Shown in pieces: positions 43,634 through 51,967 of a DNA stretch of 64,000 nt (the stretch's first letter is position 1; every line of letters starts with the position of its first letter). The translations under genes and the position numbers were made by a program. The notes under the pieces are model-generated. The model did no database searches and was not told where the DNA came from. It was given only the letters and a program-made list of their open reading frames with translations. This DNA comes from Patescibacteria group bacterium (GTDB lineage: Bacteria; Patescibacteriota; Minisyncoccia; UBA6257; 2-01-FULL-56-20). The stretch is from contig JAGWKM010000003.1 in the NCBI GenBank assembly GCA_028865305.1, forward strand, positions 4,820 through 68,819, written 5' to 3'.

Positions 43634-43858
43634 ATAAACTTTTCCATTAGAGAAGGCGGCCTTCTCATTGTCTTCTCATCCCAGCCCTCGAGCTAGGATC
43701 CAGAAGTTGGTGTCGTCATTCCGGACTTGCCGTGCCCACCATAGTCCGACGACGGCGGGATCCTGGATCCAGTGCTCGCTCCGTCGTTTGAATTTCCCTC
43801 CACGAAGGCGTACGAGGTTTTCGAAGAAAAACGGCTGGAAGCATGATATTATGAAGAT

Positions 43859-44476
43859 ATGAAAAGGTGGTCGACGGTGGTTTCGGCGGTAATAATTTTG
43901 GTAGTTGGGGCGCTGTTCATGGCGCGGTTTTTGGGCGGATCGGAAGATGCTTGGATTTGCGTGAATGGGCAGTGGGTGGAGCACGGGCATCCGTCGGCGC
44001 CGCAGCCGTCGAGTGGGTGCGGGAATCCGGCGTCGGCGGGAGCGAACGACCCGAAAAATGCGACTTACTTGATCGAGAACCAACCCGTGGCGTTGGCGGG
44101 CGGCCGAGCTGAAACGGAGATTGCGCCAGGGTCAGCTTCGAAATTGGTTACGCAATATTTCGGCAATGAGGCGATGGGCGATTTAAACGGCGATGGCCTG
44201 CCGGACGCAGCTTTCATTTTGACGCAGACCGACGGCGGTAGCGGTATATTCTATTACGTGGCCGTGGCGCTTGGGCTTTCGGGCGGCGGCTACCATGGGA
44301 CGGACGCGGTTTTCCTTGGCGACCGGATTGCGCCGCAATCGACCGAGATCAAAAACGGAGTTTTGACCGTGAACTACGCGGACCGGAAACCGACTGATCC
44401 GATGACGGCGGCGCCGAGCGTCGGCATTTCGAAATATTTGAAAGTGGTGGATGGCCAATTAGTTGAAATGCAATAG
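43859..44476 (+). CDS. Membrane-anchored hypothetical protein
   Basis: N-terminal TM VVSAVIILVVGALFMA. TGaTATTAT lies 6 nt upstream of the ATG (leaderless pattern). Confidence 0.55.
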   Translation: MKRWSTVVSAVIILVVGALFMARFLGGSEDAWICVNGQWVEHGHPSAPQPSSGCGNPASAGANDPKNATYLIENQPVALAGGRAETEIAPGSASKLVTQYFGNEAMGDLNGDGLPDAAFILTQTDGGSGIFYYVAVALGLSGGGYHGTDAVFLGDRIAPQSTEIKNGVLTVNYADRKPTDPMTAAPSVGISKYLKVVDGQLVEMQ

Positions 44477-44540
44477 GAAGAGTGGTATCCTTTCTCTTGT
44501 GTCACCCCTATGAACCGCCGGTTCGGGGGAGTTGTGTGTT

Positions 44541-44637
44541 GGGGAAGAAGAAGGAATACAGAAGGAAGAAGGAATATTTCAAATTCTATATTCTCGATTC
44601 CATTCCTTATTCTTTTTTCCTCGTTCTTTCTTCTTTT
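44541..44637. repeat. GAAGGAA / TTCCTTC heptad-periodic hairpin upstream of uvrA
   Basis: ggggaagaagaaggaatacagaaggaagaaggaatatttcaaattctatattctcgattccattccttattcttttttcctcgttctttcttctttt. Confidence 0.75.
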
Positions 44638-44645
44638 AAAGAAAC

Positions 44646-47201
44646 ATGCGCGATAAAATTACAATCAAAGGGGCGCGAGAGCACAATCTAAAGAACGTTA
44701 ATCTCGAGATTCCGCGCGATAAAATGGTCGTTTTCACGGGGCTTTCGGGCTCGGGCAAATCGAGCTTGGCTTTTGATACGATCTTCGCGGAGGGCCAGCG
44801 GCGGTATATCGAGTCGCTTTCGGCGTACGCGCGGCAGTTTTTGGGTCGGCTCGACAAGCCGGACGTGGATGACATTGAAGGGCTGTCGCCCGCGATTTCG
44901 ATCGACCAGAAATCGCATTCGGCGAACCCGCGTTCGACCGTCGCGACCATCACGGAAATTTACGATTATCTCCGCGTGCTCTTCGCGCGCGCCGGCAAGC
45001 CATTCTGCCCGCGTTGCGGCCGGGAGATCAAAAAGATGACGAACGAGGAGATCGTCGATATTGCGATCGATATTTCCGAGGAGAATGGAGGACGGAGAAT
45101 GGAGAGTGGATTGGTTTCCAAGAAAACGCTTGGTAAAAATCTGCTGATCCTTGCGCCGGTCGTCCGCGGGCGAAAAGGGGAGTATTACCAGATGCTCTAT
45201 GATTTCCTGAATGCCGGGTTCAGCGAGGTGCGCATCGACGGCAAATTCCATTCGTTGCGCGACCGGGTTGAATTGAGCCGCTACAAATCGCACGACATTG
45301 ACCTCGTGATCGACCGCATGCCGGCCGGGATGAATTTCAAAGACAAGGACAACCGCCTGCGCCTCGCTGAAGCGATCGAGTCGGGCATCAAGTACGGCAA
45401 CGATGTCGTGACAATCATCACCGACAAGGAAGTTTCGCTTTCGGCAAAGTTCACCTGCCCGCACGACGGTTTTTCATTCCCCGAAATCGAGCCGCGCCTG
45501 TTTTCGTTCAATAGTCCCTACGGCGCGTGCCCGGAATGCCATGGTTTGGGCGTGAAAGATATTTGGTCGGATGAGATATGCCCGGTCTGCGAAGGCAAGC
45601 GTTTGCGCGAAGAGAGTCTGAATGTGCTCGTCAACGATAAAAGCATCGTGATGGTGACGGCGCTTTCCATCGAGCGGGCGTATGAGTTTTTCAGCAAGAT
45701 GAAATTCGCGACGGCATCGATGGCGGAGGTCGCGGAAACGCCTCTCCGCGAGATCAAGAGCCGGCTGAAGTTCATGATCGACGTCGGCTTGGAATACCTG
45801 ACGCTCGACCGCAAGGCCGGAACGCTTTCCGGCGGCGAGGCGCAGCGCATCCGGCTGGCGTCGCAAATCGGTTCGCGGCTTGTCGGCACGCTCTATATTT
45901 TGGATGAACCGACGATCGGCCTCCATCAGCGCGACAATTTGAAACTGATCCAGACCTTGCAGGAGCTGCGCGATTTGGGGAACACGATCGTGGTCGTTGA
46001 GCACGATGAAGACACGATCCGCGCGTCGGATTATTTGGTCGACGTCGGGCCCGGAGCCGGCGTGCATGGCGGCAGGATCGTGGCGGCCGGGCCGGTGCCG
46101 GAAATTTTGAAAGATTCGAAGCAGGACTCGCTTACCTTGCAATATCTGCGCGGCAAGAAATTCATCGAGGTGCCCGATGAGCGTCGCAAAATCGATTCGA
46201 AGCGCGAGCACCTGAAGATCCGCGGCGCGCACGCGAACAACCTGAAAAATATAAACGTAGATATTCCGCTCCGGCGTTTTACGGCCGTGACTGGCGTCTC
46301 GGGCAGCGGCAAGTCATCGCTCGTGTACGATGTGCTCTATGAAGCCGTGGCGGCGAAATTAAACCGAACGAAAGCGCCCCCCGCGAAAGCATCTTCCATC
46401 CTCGGCCTGGAATATATTAACCGCATCATAAACATCGACCAGGCCGCGATCGGCCGCACGCCGCGCTCAAATCCGGCGACGTACGTCGGCGCCTGGACGC
46501 ACATCCGCGACCTTTTCGCCTCAACCGAAGACGCCCGCGTGCGCGGCTACAAGCCCGGCCGGTTCAGCTTCAACGTGCCCGGCGGCCGCTGTGAAAACTG
46601 CGAAGGCCACGGCACGATCGCGATTGAGATGCACTTCCTGCCGACCGTCTACGTCACCTGCGATATCTGTAAGGGCAAGCGCTTCGACCGCGAGACGCTC
46701 GAAGTCGAATACAAGGGGAAAAATATCTACGACATTTTACGGATGACGATCGAGGAAGCCGTGAAGTTCTTCGAAGACATCCCGTGGCTCTATGAAAAAC
46801 TCACCATCTTGGAAGAGGTTGGCTTGGGCTATCTTGAACTTGGCCAATCAGCCACGACGCTCTCCGGCGGCGAAGCCCAGCGCATCAAGCTCTCGGCCGA
46901 ACTCGGCAAGCGCGACACGCGCCGCACGTTGTATTTATTGGACGAGCCAACCACCGGCCTCCATTTCGCCGACATCGACCAGCTCATCAAAGTCCTGCAA
47001 CGTTTAGTTGATCGCGGTAACACCGTCGTCGTGATTGAACACAATTTAGACGTGATAAAAACCGCCGACTGGGTAATTGATTTAGGCCCCGAAGGCGGCG
47101 AGCGAGGAGGCCAGATAATAGCCACGGGAACCCCCGAAGAAATAGCAAGGAAGAAAGGCAGTTTCACAGGGGAATACCTAAGGAAAACATTACAGAAGTA
47201 A
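44646..47201 (+). CDS. uvrA: Excinuclease ABC subunit A (short, 851 aa)
   Basis: [35 protein letters not shown], the Zn modules CPRCG / CPECHG / CENCEG...CDICKG, and two ABC signatures LSGGEAQRI. Confidence 0.93.
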   Translation: MRDKITIKGAREHNLKNVNLEIPRDKMVVFTGLSGSGKSSLAFDTIFAEGQRRYIESLSAYARQFLGRLDKPDVDDIEGLSPAISIDQKSHSANPRSTVATITEIYDYLRVLFARAGKPFCPRCGREIKKMTNEEIVDIAIDISEENGGRRMESGLVSKKTLGKNLLILAPVVRGRKGEYYQMLYDFLNAGFSEVRIDGKFHSLRDRVELSRYKSHDIDLVIDRMPAGMNFKDKDNRLRLAEAIESGIKYGNDVVTIITDKEVSLSAKFTCPHDGFSFPEIEPRLFSFNSPYGACPECHGLGVKDIWSDEICPVCEGKRLREESLNVLVNDKSIVMVTALSIERAYEFFSKMKFATASMAEVAETPLREIKSRLKFMIDVGLEYLTLDRKAGTLSGGEAQRIRLASQIGSRLVGTLYILDEPTIGLHQRDNLKLIQTLQELRDLGNTIVVVEHDEDTIRASDYLVDVGPGAGVHGGRIVAAGPVPEILKDSKQDSLTLQYLRGKKFIEVPDERRKIDSKREHLKIRGAHANNLKNINVDIPLRRFTAVTGVSGSGKSSLVYDVLYEAVAAKLNRTKAPPAKASSILGLEYINRIINIDQAAIGRTPRSNPATYVGAWTHIRDLFASTEDARVRGYKPGRFSFNVPGGRCENCEGHGTIAIEMHFLPTVYVTCDICKGKRFDRETLEVEYKGKNIYDILRMTIEEAVKFFEDIPWLYEKLTILEEVGLGYLELGQSATTLSGGEAQRIKLSAELGKRDTRRTLYLLDEPTTGLHFADIDQLIKVLQRLVDRGNTVVVIEHNLDVIKTADWVIDLGPEGGERGGQIIATGTPEEIARKKGSFTGEYLRKTLQK
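45078..45110. repeat. GAGAATG-family heptads in frame inside uvrA
   Basis: gaggagaatggaggacggagaatggagagtgga encodes [11 protein letters not shown]. Confidence 0.85.
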
Positions 47202-47280
47202 TTTCGTCATCTACGCGCAGCGCCCGTCATAGCTTTAGCGGGCGGGAAAACGGGGATCCACGCTTTGAATAAAGGACCAA

Positions 47281-47310
47281 GTGACAATATTTCCATCGGT
47301 GCTATAATTG
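47281..47310 (+). promoter_or_regulatory. Promoter GTGACA-N16-gTGcTATAAT
   Basis: Perfect -10 with extended TG, upstream of the 41-aa ORF. Confidence 0.5.
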
Positions 47311-47329
47311 GTTTTAGCGAGGTGATGGT

Positions 47330-47455
47330 ATGCTCCTGTTGGGTTTCGGATTCCCGATCCTGGTCATCTTGTTGGCTCTGAACTGGGCGTGGCCGCGCCG
47401 CGATCGTTTTTCGGAATCTCGTCTGATGGAACATTTTATGGGTCCGCTGAGGTAA
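47330..47455 (+). CDS. 41-aa hydrophobic peptide (single TM plus basic tail), not in the ORF track
   Basis: GAGGTG 5 nt upstream of the ATG. Translates to MLLLGFGFPILVILLALNWAWPRRDRFSESRLMEHFMGPLR. Terminator at 47497-47524. Confidence 0.4.
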   Translation: MLLLGFGFPILVILLALNWAWPRRDRFSESRLMEHFMGPLR

Positions 47456-47496
47456 TAAAAATATCGAAAGCGAGACACGCATGACTCCTGAATTTG

Positions 47497-47524
47497 CCCG
47501 GCTCTTGCAGCCGGGATTTTTATT
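47497..47524 (+). terminator. Intrinsic terminator
   Basis: CCCGGC-TCTTGCA-GCCGGG followed by ATTTTTATTT. Confidence 0.7.
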
Positions 47525-47538
47525 TGATTACGAAGAGC

Positions 47539-47567
47539 TTGACGCGTTATTCATTTATTACTATAAT
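47539..47567 (+). promoter_or_regulatory. Near-consensus promoter TTGACG-N17-TATAAT
   Basis: Read directly, ~50 nt upstream of ATG 47620. Confidence 0.7.
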
Positions 47568-47619
47568 TAATTCAGGCCTTTAGAAACTTTTTTGGTCAGA
47601 AGGTCAGAAAGGAAGAGTT

Positions 47620-47889
47620 ATGAGATATCGGGGGTTTGTAGTCGGCTCTGAAACGAGGCCCGGCGGACGTCTTGTTTGGAAAGTGAGGATAAAGGACGCC
47701 GGCAGCCCCTATGATGGCCAGAAGTTCACCGTGGCTTCGATTCACGGCGGACTTGAGCTCGCACGGGGGCTGAACGTTACCTTCGTCCTCGGGACCGTGG
47801 ATGACGAGACTGAGCAAAAAGTCATACGAGCCGTTGATGTGCGCCTGGAAGGAATTCCGGACGCGAAACCGCAACAGGACGAGCACTAG
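47620..47889 (+). CDS. Hypothetical 89-aa beta-rich protein, first gene of the AAA+ operon
   Basis: GAAAGGAAGAG upstream. 33-nt gap to the AAA+ gene. No family recognised. Confidence 0.6.
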   Translation: MRYRGFVVGSETRPGGRLVWKVRIKDAGSPYDGQKFTVASIHGGLELARGLNVTFVLGTVDDETEQKVIRAVDVRLEGIPDAKPQQDEH

Positions 47890-47922
47890 GCCGGAAAGTC
47901 AAAAGGTCAGAAGGGGAATGAA

Positions 47923-49608
47923 ATGGAAAAAAAGAATGGAAAGGGGTGGCAGCCGCTCATCGCGACCGTGGAGCGGATCCAGGACGTAGAATTTCACCCT
48001 GGGCAAATATTCACGGATTTCAGCGGCTCCGAGTTTGCAATTACCGACCAGAAAGAAGGGATGGGGTTCAGGGTTGGCATGCTTTTATCAGCCAAGCCGG
48101 ACAACACTTTGAGAGGTGAAATCCTTAGGGCAAAAAAAATTGTAGTCGTTGGATTTCTCTCGGGTGGGCAACCCGTAGTCCAAATTGACGATGGATTCAT
48201 TGCCGGTTTGACCAGTGATACCATCGGCACATTCAAGATCATCGGCCAGTTTGGTATATCGGCCACGGTGAACGCCGGCGGCAAACGCTTCAACGCTTTT
48301 TTACCCAAAGACCTCGCGGTCGCCGTGGGCGACAGGGTGGCAGTCGATTTATCCGATCCGCAAAAGCCGAGAATCACGGGGAAAGTTGATCCGGATATGC
48401 GATCATCCGGTGGCGCCGCAAGGACTTCGACACCGCGGCTCAACCGGCAGCTCGACCCGACCCATGTCGGTTTTGATGCTGAAAAGCTTGAAACCGATCT
48501 CTCCAAGCGTATCGTCGGCCAGGCCGAAGCCATCAGGCAGGTGGTGAATATTTACCAGACCTATCTGGCAGGCATGGCCGCTTCCGGGCATCCCATCGGG
48601 AATTTCCTTTTTCTCGGGCCGACCGGCACCGGGAAAACCCGCCTCGTGGAGGCAACCGCCGAATCGTTCGTGGGTGACATGCGAGCGGTCGTTAAGATCG
48701 ACTGCGCGGAGTTCCAGCATAGCCACGAGATTGCGAAACTTATCGGCTCGCCCCCGGGATACCTCGGGCATCGCGAAACGCACCCGTTGCTTTCCCAGGA
48801 GGTGCTGAACCAGTATCACACCGAGAAAGTGAAAATCAGCTTTGTCCTTTTCGACGAAATCGAAAAGGCGAGCGACGCCCTCTGGAATCTCCTCTTGGGG
48901 ATTCTCGACAGGGCGACCCTCACGCTCGGCGACAACCGGCGCGTGGATTTTTCCCGGGCGATAATCTTCATGACGAGCAATCTCGGCGCGGCGGAAATGA
49001 GCAACATCCTCCGGCCGAACGTTGGGTTCGCCGCGGGAGAGATTGAACGCAAAGCTGCCGCCGGCATCGCGAATGAAAAATTGAACGTAAAGATCGGCAA
49101 CGCCGGCATCGCGGCTGCCCGCCGGAAATTCACGCCTGAGTTCATGAACCGCATCGATAAGACCGTGGTATTCCGGCCCCTCGGCGAACCCGAGCTCCGG
49201 AAGATCCTCGCGCTCGAGCTGAATATCATCCAGCAGCGGATTTTCAATTCGGCAAGCAGCGCCCCGTTCGTATTTTCATGCACGGAGACCGCGGAGGATT
49301 TTCTCCTGCGCGAAGGCACCGACATGAAATACGGCGCGCGCCACTTGAAACGGGCAATCGACCACAATCTGGTCCATCCGCTTTCAAACCTCATCGCGAC
49401 CAGGCAGGTGTGCGGCGGGGATTTGATCCGAGTGGATTTTGACGGGGATACCCGACGACTGACCTTCTTCAAGGAAGCCGAGGATATGCCCGCCTATGCC
49501 ATGGTGCAGCTGGTGGACACTTCCATCACGCCGCCGCGCGGAACCTTCTCTTCGGGCGCGATAGCCGATCCACCAAATGCGGCAAACGCCCGCGGCGAGC
49601 GCCGCTAG
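47923..49608 (+). CDS. Single-ring AAA+ ATPase of the ClpA/ClpB D2 type with an unrecognised ~190-aa N-terminal region
   Basis: RIVGQAEAIRQVVN...PIGNFLFLGPTGTGKTRLVEATAE, IGSPPGYLGH, VLFDEIEKA, IIFMTSNLG and FTPEFMNRIDKTVVFRPL match the AAA_2/ClpB_D2 layout. No D1 ring, no Clp N-domain. Confidence 0.8.
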   Translation: MEKKNGKGWQPLIATVERIQDVEFHPGQIFTDFSGSEFAITDQKEGMGFRVGMLLSAKPDNTLRGEILRAKKIVVVGFLSGGQPVVQIDDGFIAGLTSDTIGTFKIIGQFGISATVNAGGKRFNAFLPKDLAVAVGDRVAVDLSDPQKPRITGKVDPDMRSSGGAARTSTPRLNRQLDPTHVGFDAEKLETDLSKRIVGQAEAIRQVVNIYQTYLAGMAASGHPIGNFLFLGPTGTGKTRLVEATAESFVGDMRAVVKIDCAEFQHSHEIAKLIGSPPGYLGHRETHPLLSQEVLNQYHTEKVKISFVLFDEIEKASDALWNLLLGILDRATLTLGDNRRVDFSRAIIFMTSNLGAAEMSNILRPNVGFAAGEIERKAAAGIANEKLNVKIGNAGIAAARRKFTPEFMNRIDKTVVFRPLGEPELRKILALELNIIQQRIFNSASSAPFVFSCTETAEDFLLREGTDMKYGARHLKRAIDHNLVHPLSNLIATRQVCGGDLIRVDFDGDTRRLTFFKEAEDMPAYAMVQLVDTSITPPRGTFSSGAIADPPNAANARGERR

Positions 49609-49630
49609 ACCTTGTTTTTAAGCAGATTTT

Positions 49631-49659
49631 GCCTCCGGCACCCGTCGGAGGCATTTTTA
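49631..49659 (+). terminator. Intrinsic terminator after the AAA+ gene
   Basis: GCCTCCG-GCACCCGT-CGGAGGC followed by ATTTTTAT. Confidence 0.75.
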
Positions 49660-49703
49660 TCATCCGCTTCTTTTTGGGAATATTTTGCATTATATTTAGG
49701 AAC

Positions 49704-50966
49704 GTGAAACGCAAGGATTACAAAAAACTGCCGGAGACGCCGGGCGTTTATCTCATGAAAGATACCGGCGGCAAAATCCTCTATGTCGGCAAAGCGGGCA
49801 ACCTGCGCCGGCGGGTTTCAAGCTATTTTGAACGGCCCCATGACGTGCGGATCGAGAAACTGGTAAGCAAGATAGCGAGCATCGATTTTGAAGAAACCGA
49901 TTCGACCCTTGAAGCCCTGATCCGCGAAGCCCGGCTCATCCGCGAACTCACACCGCCCTTCAACGTGAAGGAAAAAGACGATAAGAGTTTTTTATACATC
50001 GAGATCACGAAGGAAAAATTTCCCCGCGTGCTTTTGGCGCGCGGGCATGATGTAGGAACAGGAAACAGGAAACCGGGAACAGGGAACCTATTTGGGCCGT
50101 TTACCTCGGCAACGGGCGCGCGAGAGGCATTGCGGATTTTAAGGAGAATTTTCCCGTGGAGCACGCACGAAACCGAAGGGAAAAGCGGAAAGAAAAAAGA
50201 AAAAAGGGCGTGCTTCGATTACGAACTCGGTCTTTGCCCCGGAACCTGCATCGGCGCCATCAGCGAGCGGGAGTATAAAAAGAACATTGCCCATCTGAAG
50301 CTCTTCCTCGAGGGCAAGAAAAAAAAGCTGATCGCCGCGCTCGAAAAAGAAATGGCGGCGGCGGCCAAAACTATGGAATTCGAAAAAGCGGCAAAACTGC
50401 GCGGCCAGGTTTTTGCGTTGAAGCACATAAGAGATACGGCACTGATGGGGAAAGAGGAGAATGGAGAATGGAGGACGGAAAATGGAACAAGGTTTCGCAT
50501 CGAGGGCTACGACATATCGAATATTTCCGGCACTGCAGCCGTGGGGTCGATGGTGGTTTTCGAAAATGACCAGCCGGATAAAAATGAATACAGGAAGTTC
50601 AAAATAAAAACGGTATTCCAACCCAACGATGTCGGTATGCTCACGGAAATGCTTGAGCGGCGTTTTCGCCATTCTCCCGTTCTCCGTTCTCCGTTCTCCA
50701 TTTTGCACCCATGGCCTCTCCCCGGCCTCATCCTCATCGACGGCGGTTTGGCGCAGGTGAATGCGGCAAACAAAGTGCTGCTCCGCGCCGGGCTGAAAAT
50801 ACCGGTCGTCGGTATCGCGAAAGGCCCGGAACGGAAGCGGAACGACATCATCGGCCTCGTGCCGAAGGGCGTAAAAAAGGAAACACTGATCCGGGTGCGG
50901 AACGAGGCGCACAGGTTCGCGATCAGTTATCACAAAAAATTGAGAGGCGTAAACGCGCTGCATTGA
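49704..50966 (+). CDS. uvrC: Excinuclease ABC subunit C, short form without the C-terminal (HhH)2
   Basis: GIY-YIG PGVYLMKDTGGKILYVGKAGNLRRRV, UVR motif MEFEKAAKLRGQVFAL, and endonuclease part IEGYDISNISG ... RVRNEAHRFAISYH. GTG 49704 chosen because TTG 49629 lies inside the upstream terminator. Confidence 0.88.
   Translation: MKRKDYKKLPETPGVYLMKDTGGKILYVGKAGNLRRRVSSYFERPHDVRIEKLVSKIASIDFEETDSTLEALIREARLIRELTPPFNVKEKDDKSFLYIEITKEKFPRVLLARGHDVGTGNRKPGTGNLFGPFTSATGAREALRILRRIFPWSTHETEGKSGKKKEKRACFDYELGLCPGTCIGAISEREYKKNIAHLKLFLEGKKKKLIAALEKEMAAAAKTMEFEKAAKLRGQVFALKHIRDTALMGKEENGEWRTENGTRFRIEGYDISNISGTAAVGSMVVFENDQPDKNEYRKFKIKTVFQPNDVGMLTEMLERRFRHSPVLRSPFSILHPWPLPGLILIDGGLAQVNAANKVLLRAGLKIPVVGIAKGPERKRNDIIGLVPKGVKKETLIRVRNEAHRFAISYHKKLRGVNALH
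50054..50087. repeat. GGAACAG-family heptads in frame inside uvrC
   Basis: aggaacaggaaacaggaaaccgggaacagggaacc encodes GTGNRKPGTGN. Confidence 0.85.
50454..50488. repeat. GAGAATG-family purine array in frame inside uvrC
   Basis: gaggagaatggagaatggaggacggaaaatggaac encodes [11 protein letters not shown]. Confidence 0.85.
50668..50703. repeat. Complementary pyrimidine array in frame inside uvrC
   Basis: gccattctcccgttctccgttctccgttctccattt encodes HSPVLRSPFSIL. Roughly complementary to the 50454 array ~180 nt upstream. Confidence 0.85.
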
Positions 50967-51074
50967 CGAAGAGAACGGCGGTTTGCCTTTGGAAGCATCT
51001 TGCGGCCGTGTCGCTTCCGGACGACGCACACGGTCCTTCCGCACCCAAAAACCTTGACACTTCGTAAAAAAAAC

Positions 51075-51506
51075 ATGGATTCTCCTAAGAAAAATGGTGG
51101 GATATGGGACATGGGACATGGAAAGCCGTTCCTCGACGGACCGGAGCCTTCGGACACGCTCGCTCCCCGGATTCTGCATTGCATTGAAGATCGCGAGCGG
51201 CGGGATTTGCGCATGAAAATGGCCGTCTTTGGGGCAATGTTCATGGGTTCGCTTTCGGCGGCCGTTGCCGGTTTTTTGAATTTCGGGGCCCAGGTTTCGC
51301 AGTCCGGCTTTTTATCATTCGCCTCACTTTGGTTTTCTGATTTTTCGGCGGCCATTGCCAATTGGTCTGACATGCTCTCTTCAATGGTGGAATCATTTCC
51401 GGCCTTGCCCGCGGCATTGGTCCTGGGCGGCGTTGCGTTTGCAGCTTGGTCGGCCGGGAAGCTGGTTTCTGAAATAACCCTCATGCGGATGCACCGGCTG
51501 TCATGA
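51075..51506 (+). CDS. Hypothetical membrane protein
   Basis: Two or three TM segments. 4-nt overlap with the next gene. Confidence 0.5.
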   Translation: MDSPKKNGGIWDMGHGKPFLDGPEPSDTLAPRILHCIEDRERRDLRMKMAVFGAMFMGSLSAAVAGFLNFGAQVSQSGFLSFASLWFSDFSAAIANWSDMLSSMVESFPALPAALVLGGVAFAAWSAGKLVSEITLMRMHRLS

Positions 51507-51964
51507 AAAACTTCCTCGAATCAAAAAATGTCCGCGCCGTTATTTTTATCCTCGGCGGCATTGCGGCAGCCCTTTTGGTATTCAGCGCCGGCGTGGCGGT
51601 CGGCGAGCGTAAAGCGATTTTCTCGGCGGCATGGGGAAAAAATTATGGCCGGTTCTTTTTTACCGCGGGACCGCCGCCGGGCGCGATCGGCGTCATGGTC
51701 CAGCGCGGGCCCTGGAACACCCATGGCGTGGCCGGCCAGGTCATTGATGTTTCAAGTTCATCGTTCATGGTGAAGGATCCGGACAACGACGAACGGTCGA
51801 TCGCGATCACGTCGGGCACGGTCATCCGCGATGCGAACCAGGTGATTCCGCTCGATAACATCGATCCCGGATACCAGGTGGTCGTCATCGGGCAGCCGAA
51901 CGCAAGCGGCCAGGTCGAGGCGAGATTCGTAAGAGTGTTTGAAGTGTCGAGTTCGCCGCAATAA
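51503..51964 (+). CDS. Membrane-anchored small beta-barrel-like protein (DUF5666-like pattern)
   Basis: N-terminal TM, then GQVIDVSSSSFMVKD......ITSGTVIRD.......NIDPGYQVVVIGQPNASGQVEARFVRV. Paralogue-like to the 56418 gene. Confidence 0.55.
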   Translation: MKNFLESKNVRAVIFILGGIAAALLVFSAGVAVGERKAIFSAAWGKNYGRFFFTAGPPPGAIGVMVQRGPWNTHGVAGQVIDVSSSSFMVKDPDNDERSIAITSGTVIRDANQVIPLDNIDPGYQVVVIGQPNASGQVEARFVRVFEVSSSPQ

Positions 51965-51967
51965 CCC

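Noticed and set aside
44688-46232. Two long minus-strand ORFs (258 and 252 aa) inside uvrA
   Set aside because: They are shadow frames of uvrA with no motifs.
47207-47482. 91-aa minus-strand ORF after uvrA
   Set aside because: No SD, and the translation looks odd in composition. The plus strand carries a complete promoter, SD, peptide ORF and terminator unit.
49629-49703. TTG 49629 as the uvrC start
   Set aside because: It lies inside the terminator hairpin of the AAA+ gene and adds a hydrophobic peptide unlike any UvrC. GTG 49704 gives the canonical distance to the GIY-YIG motif.
50139-51179. 346-aa minus-strand ORF across uvrC
   Set aside because: It lies opposite a confidently identified uvrC. 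It stays open partly because the heptad arrays are stop-free on both strands.
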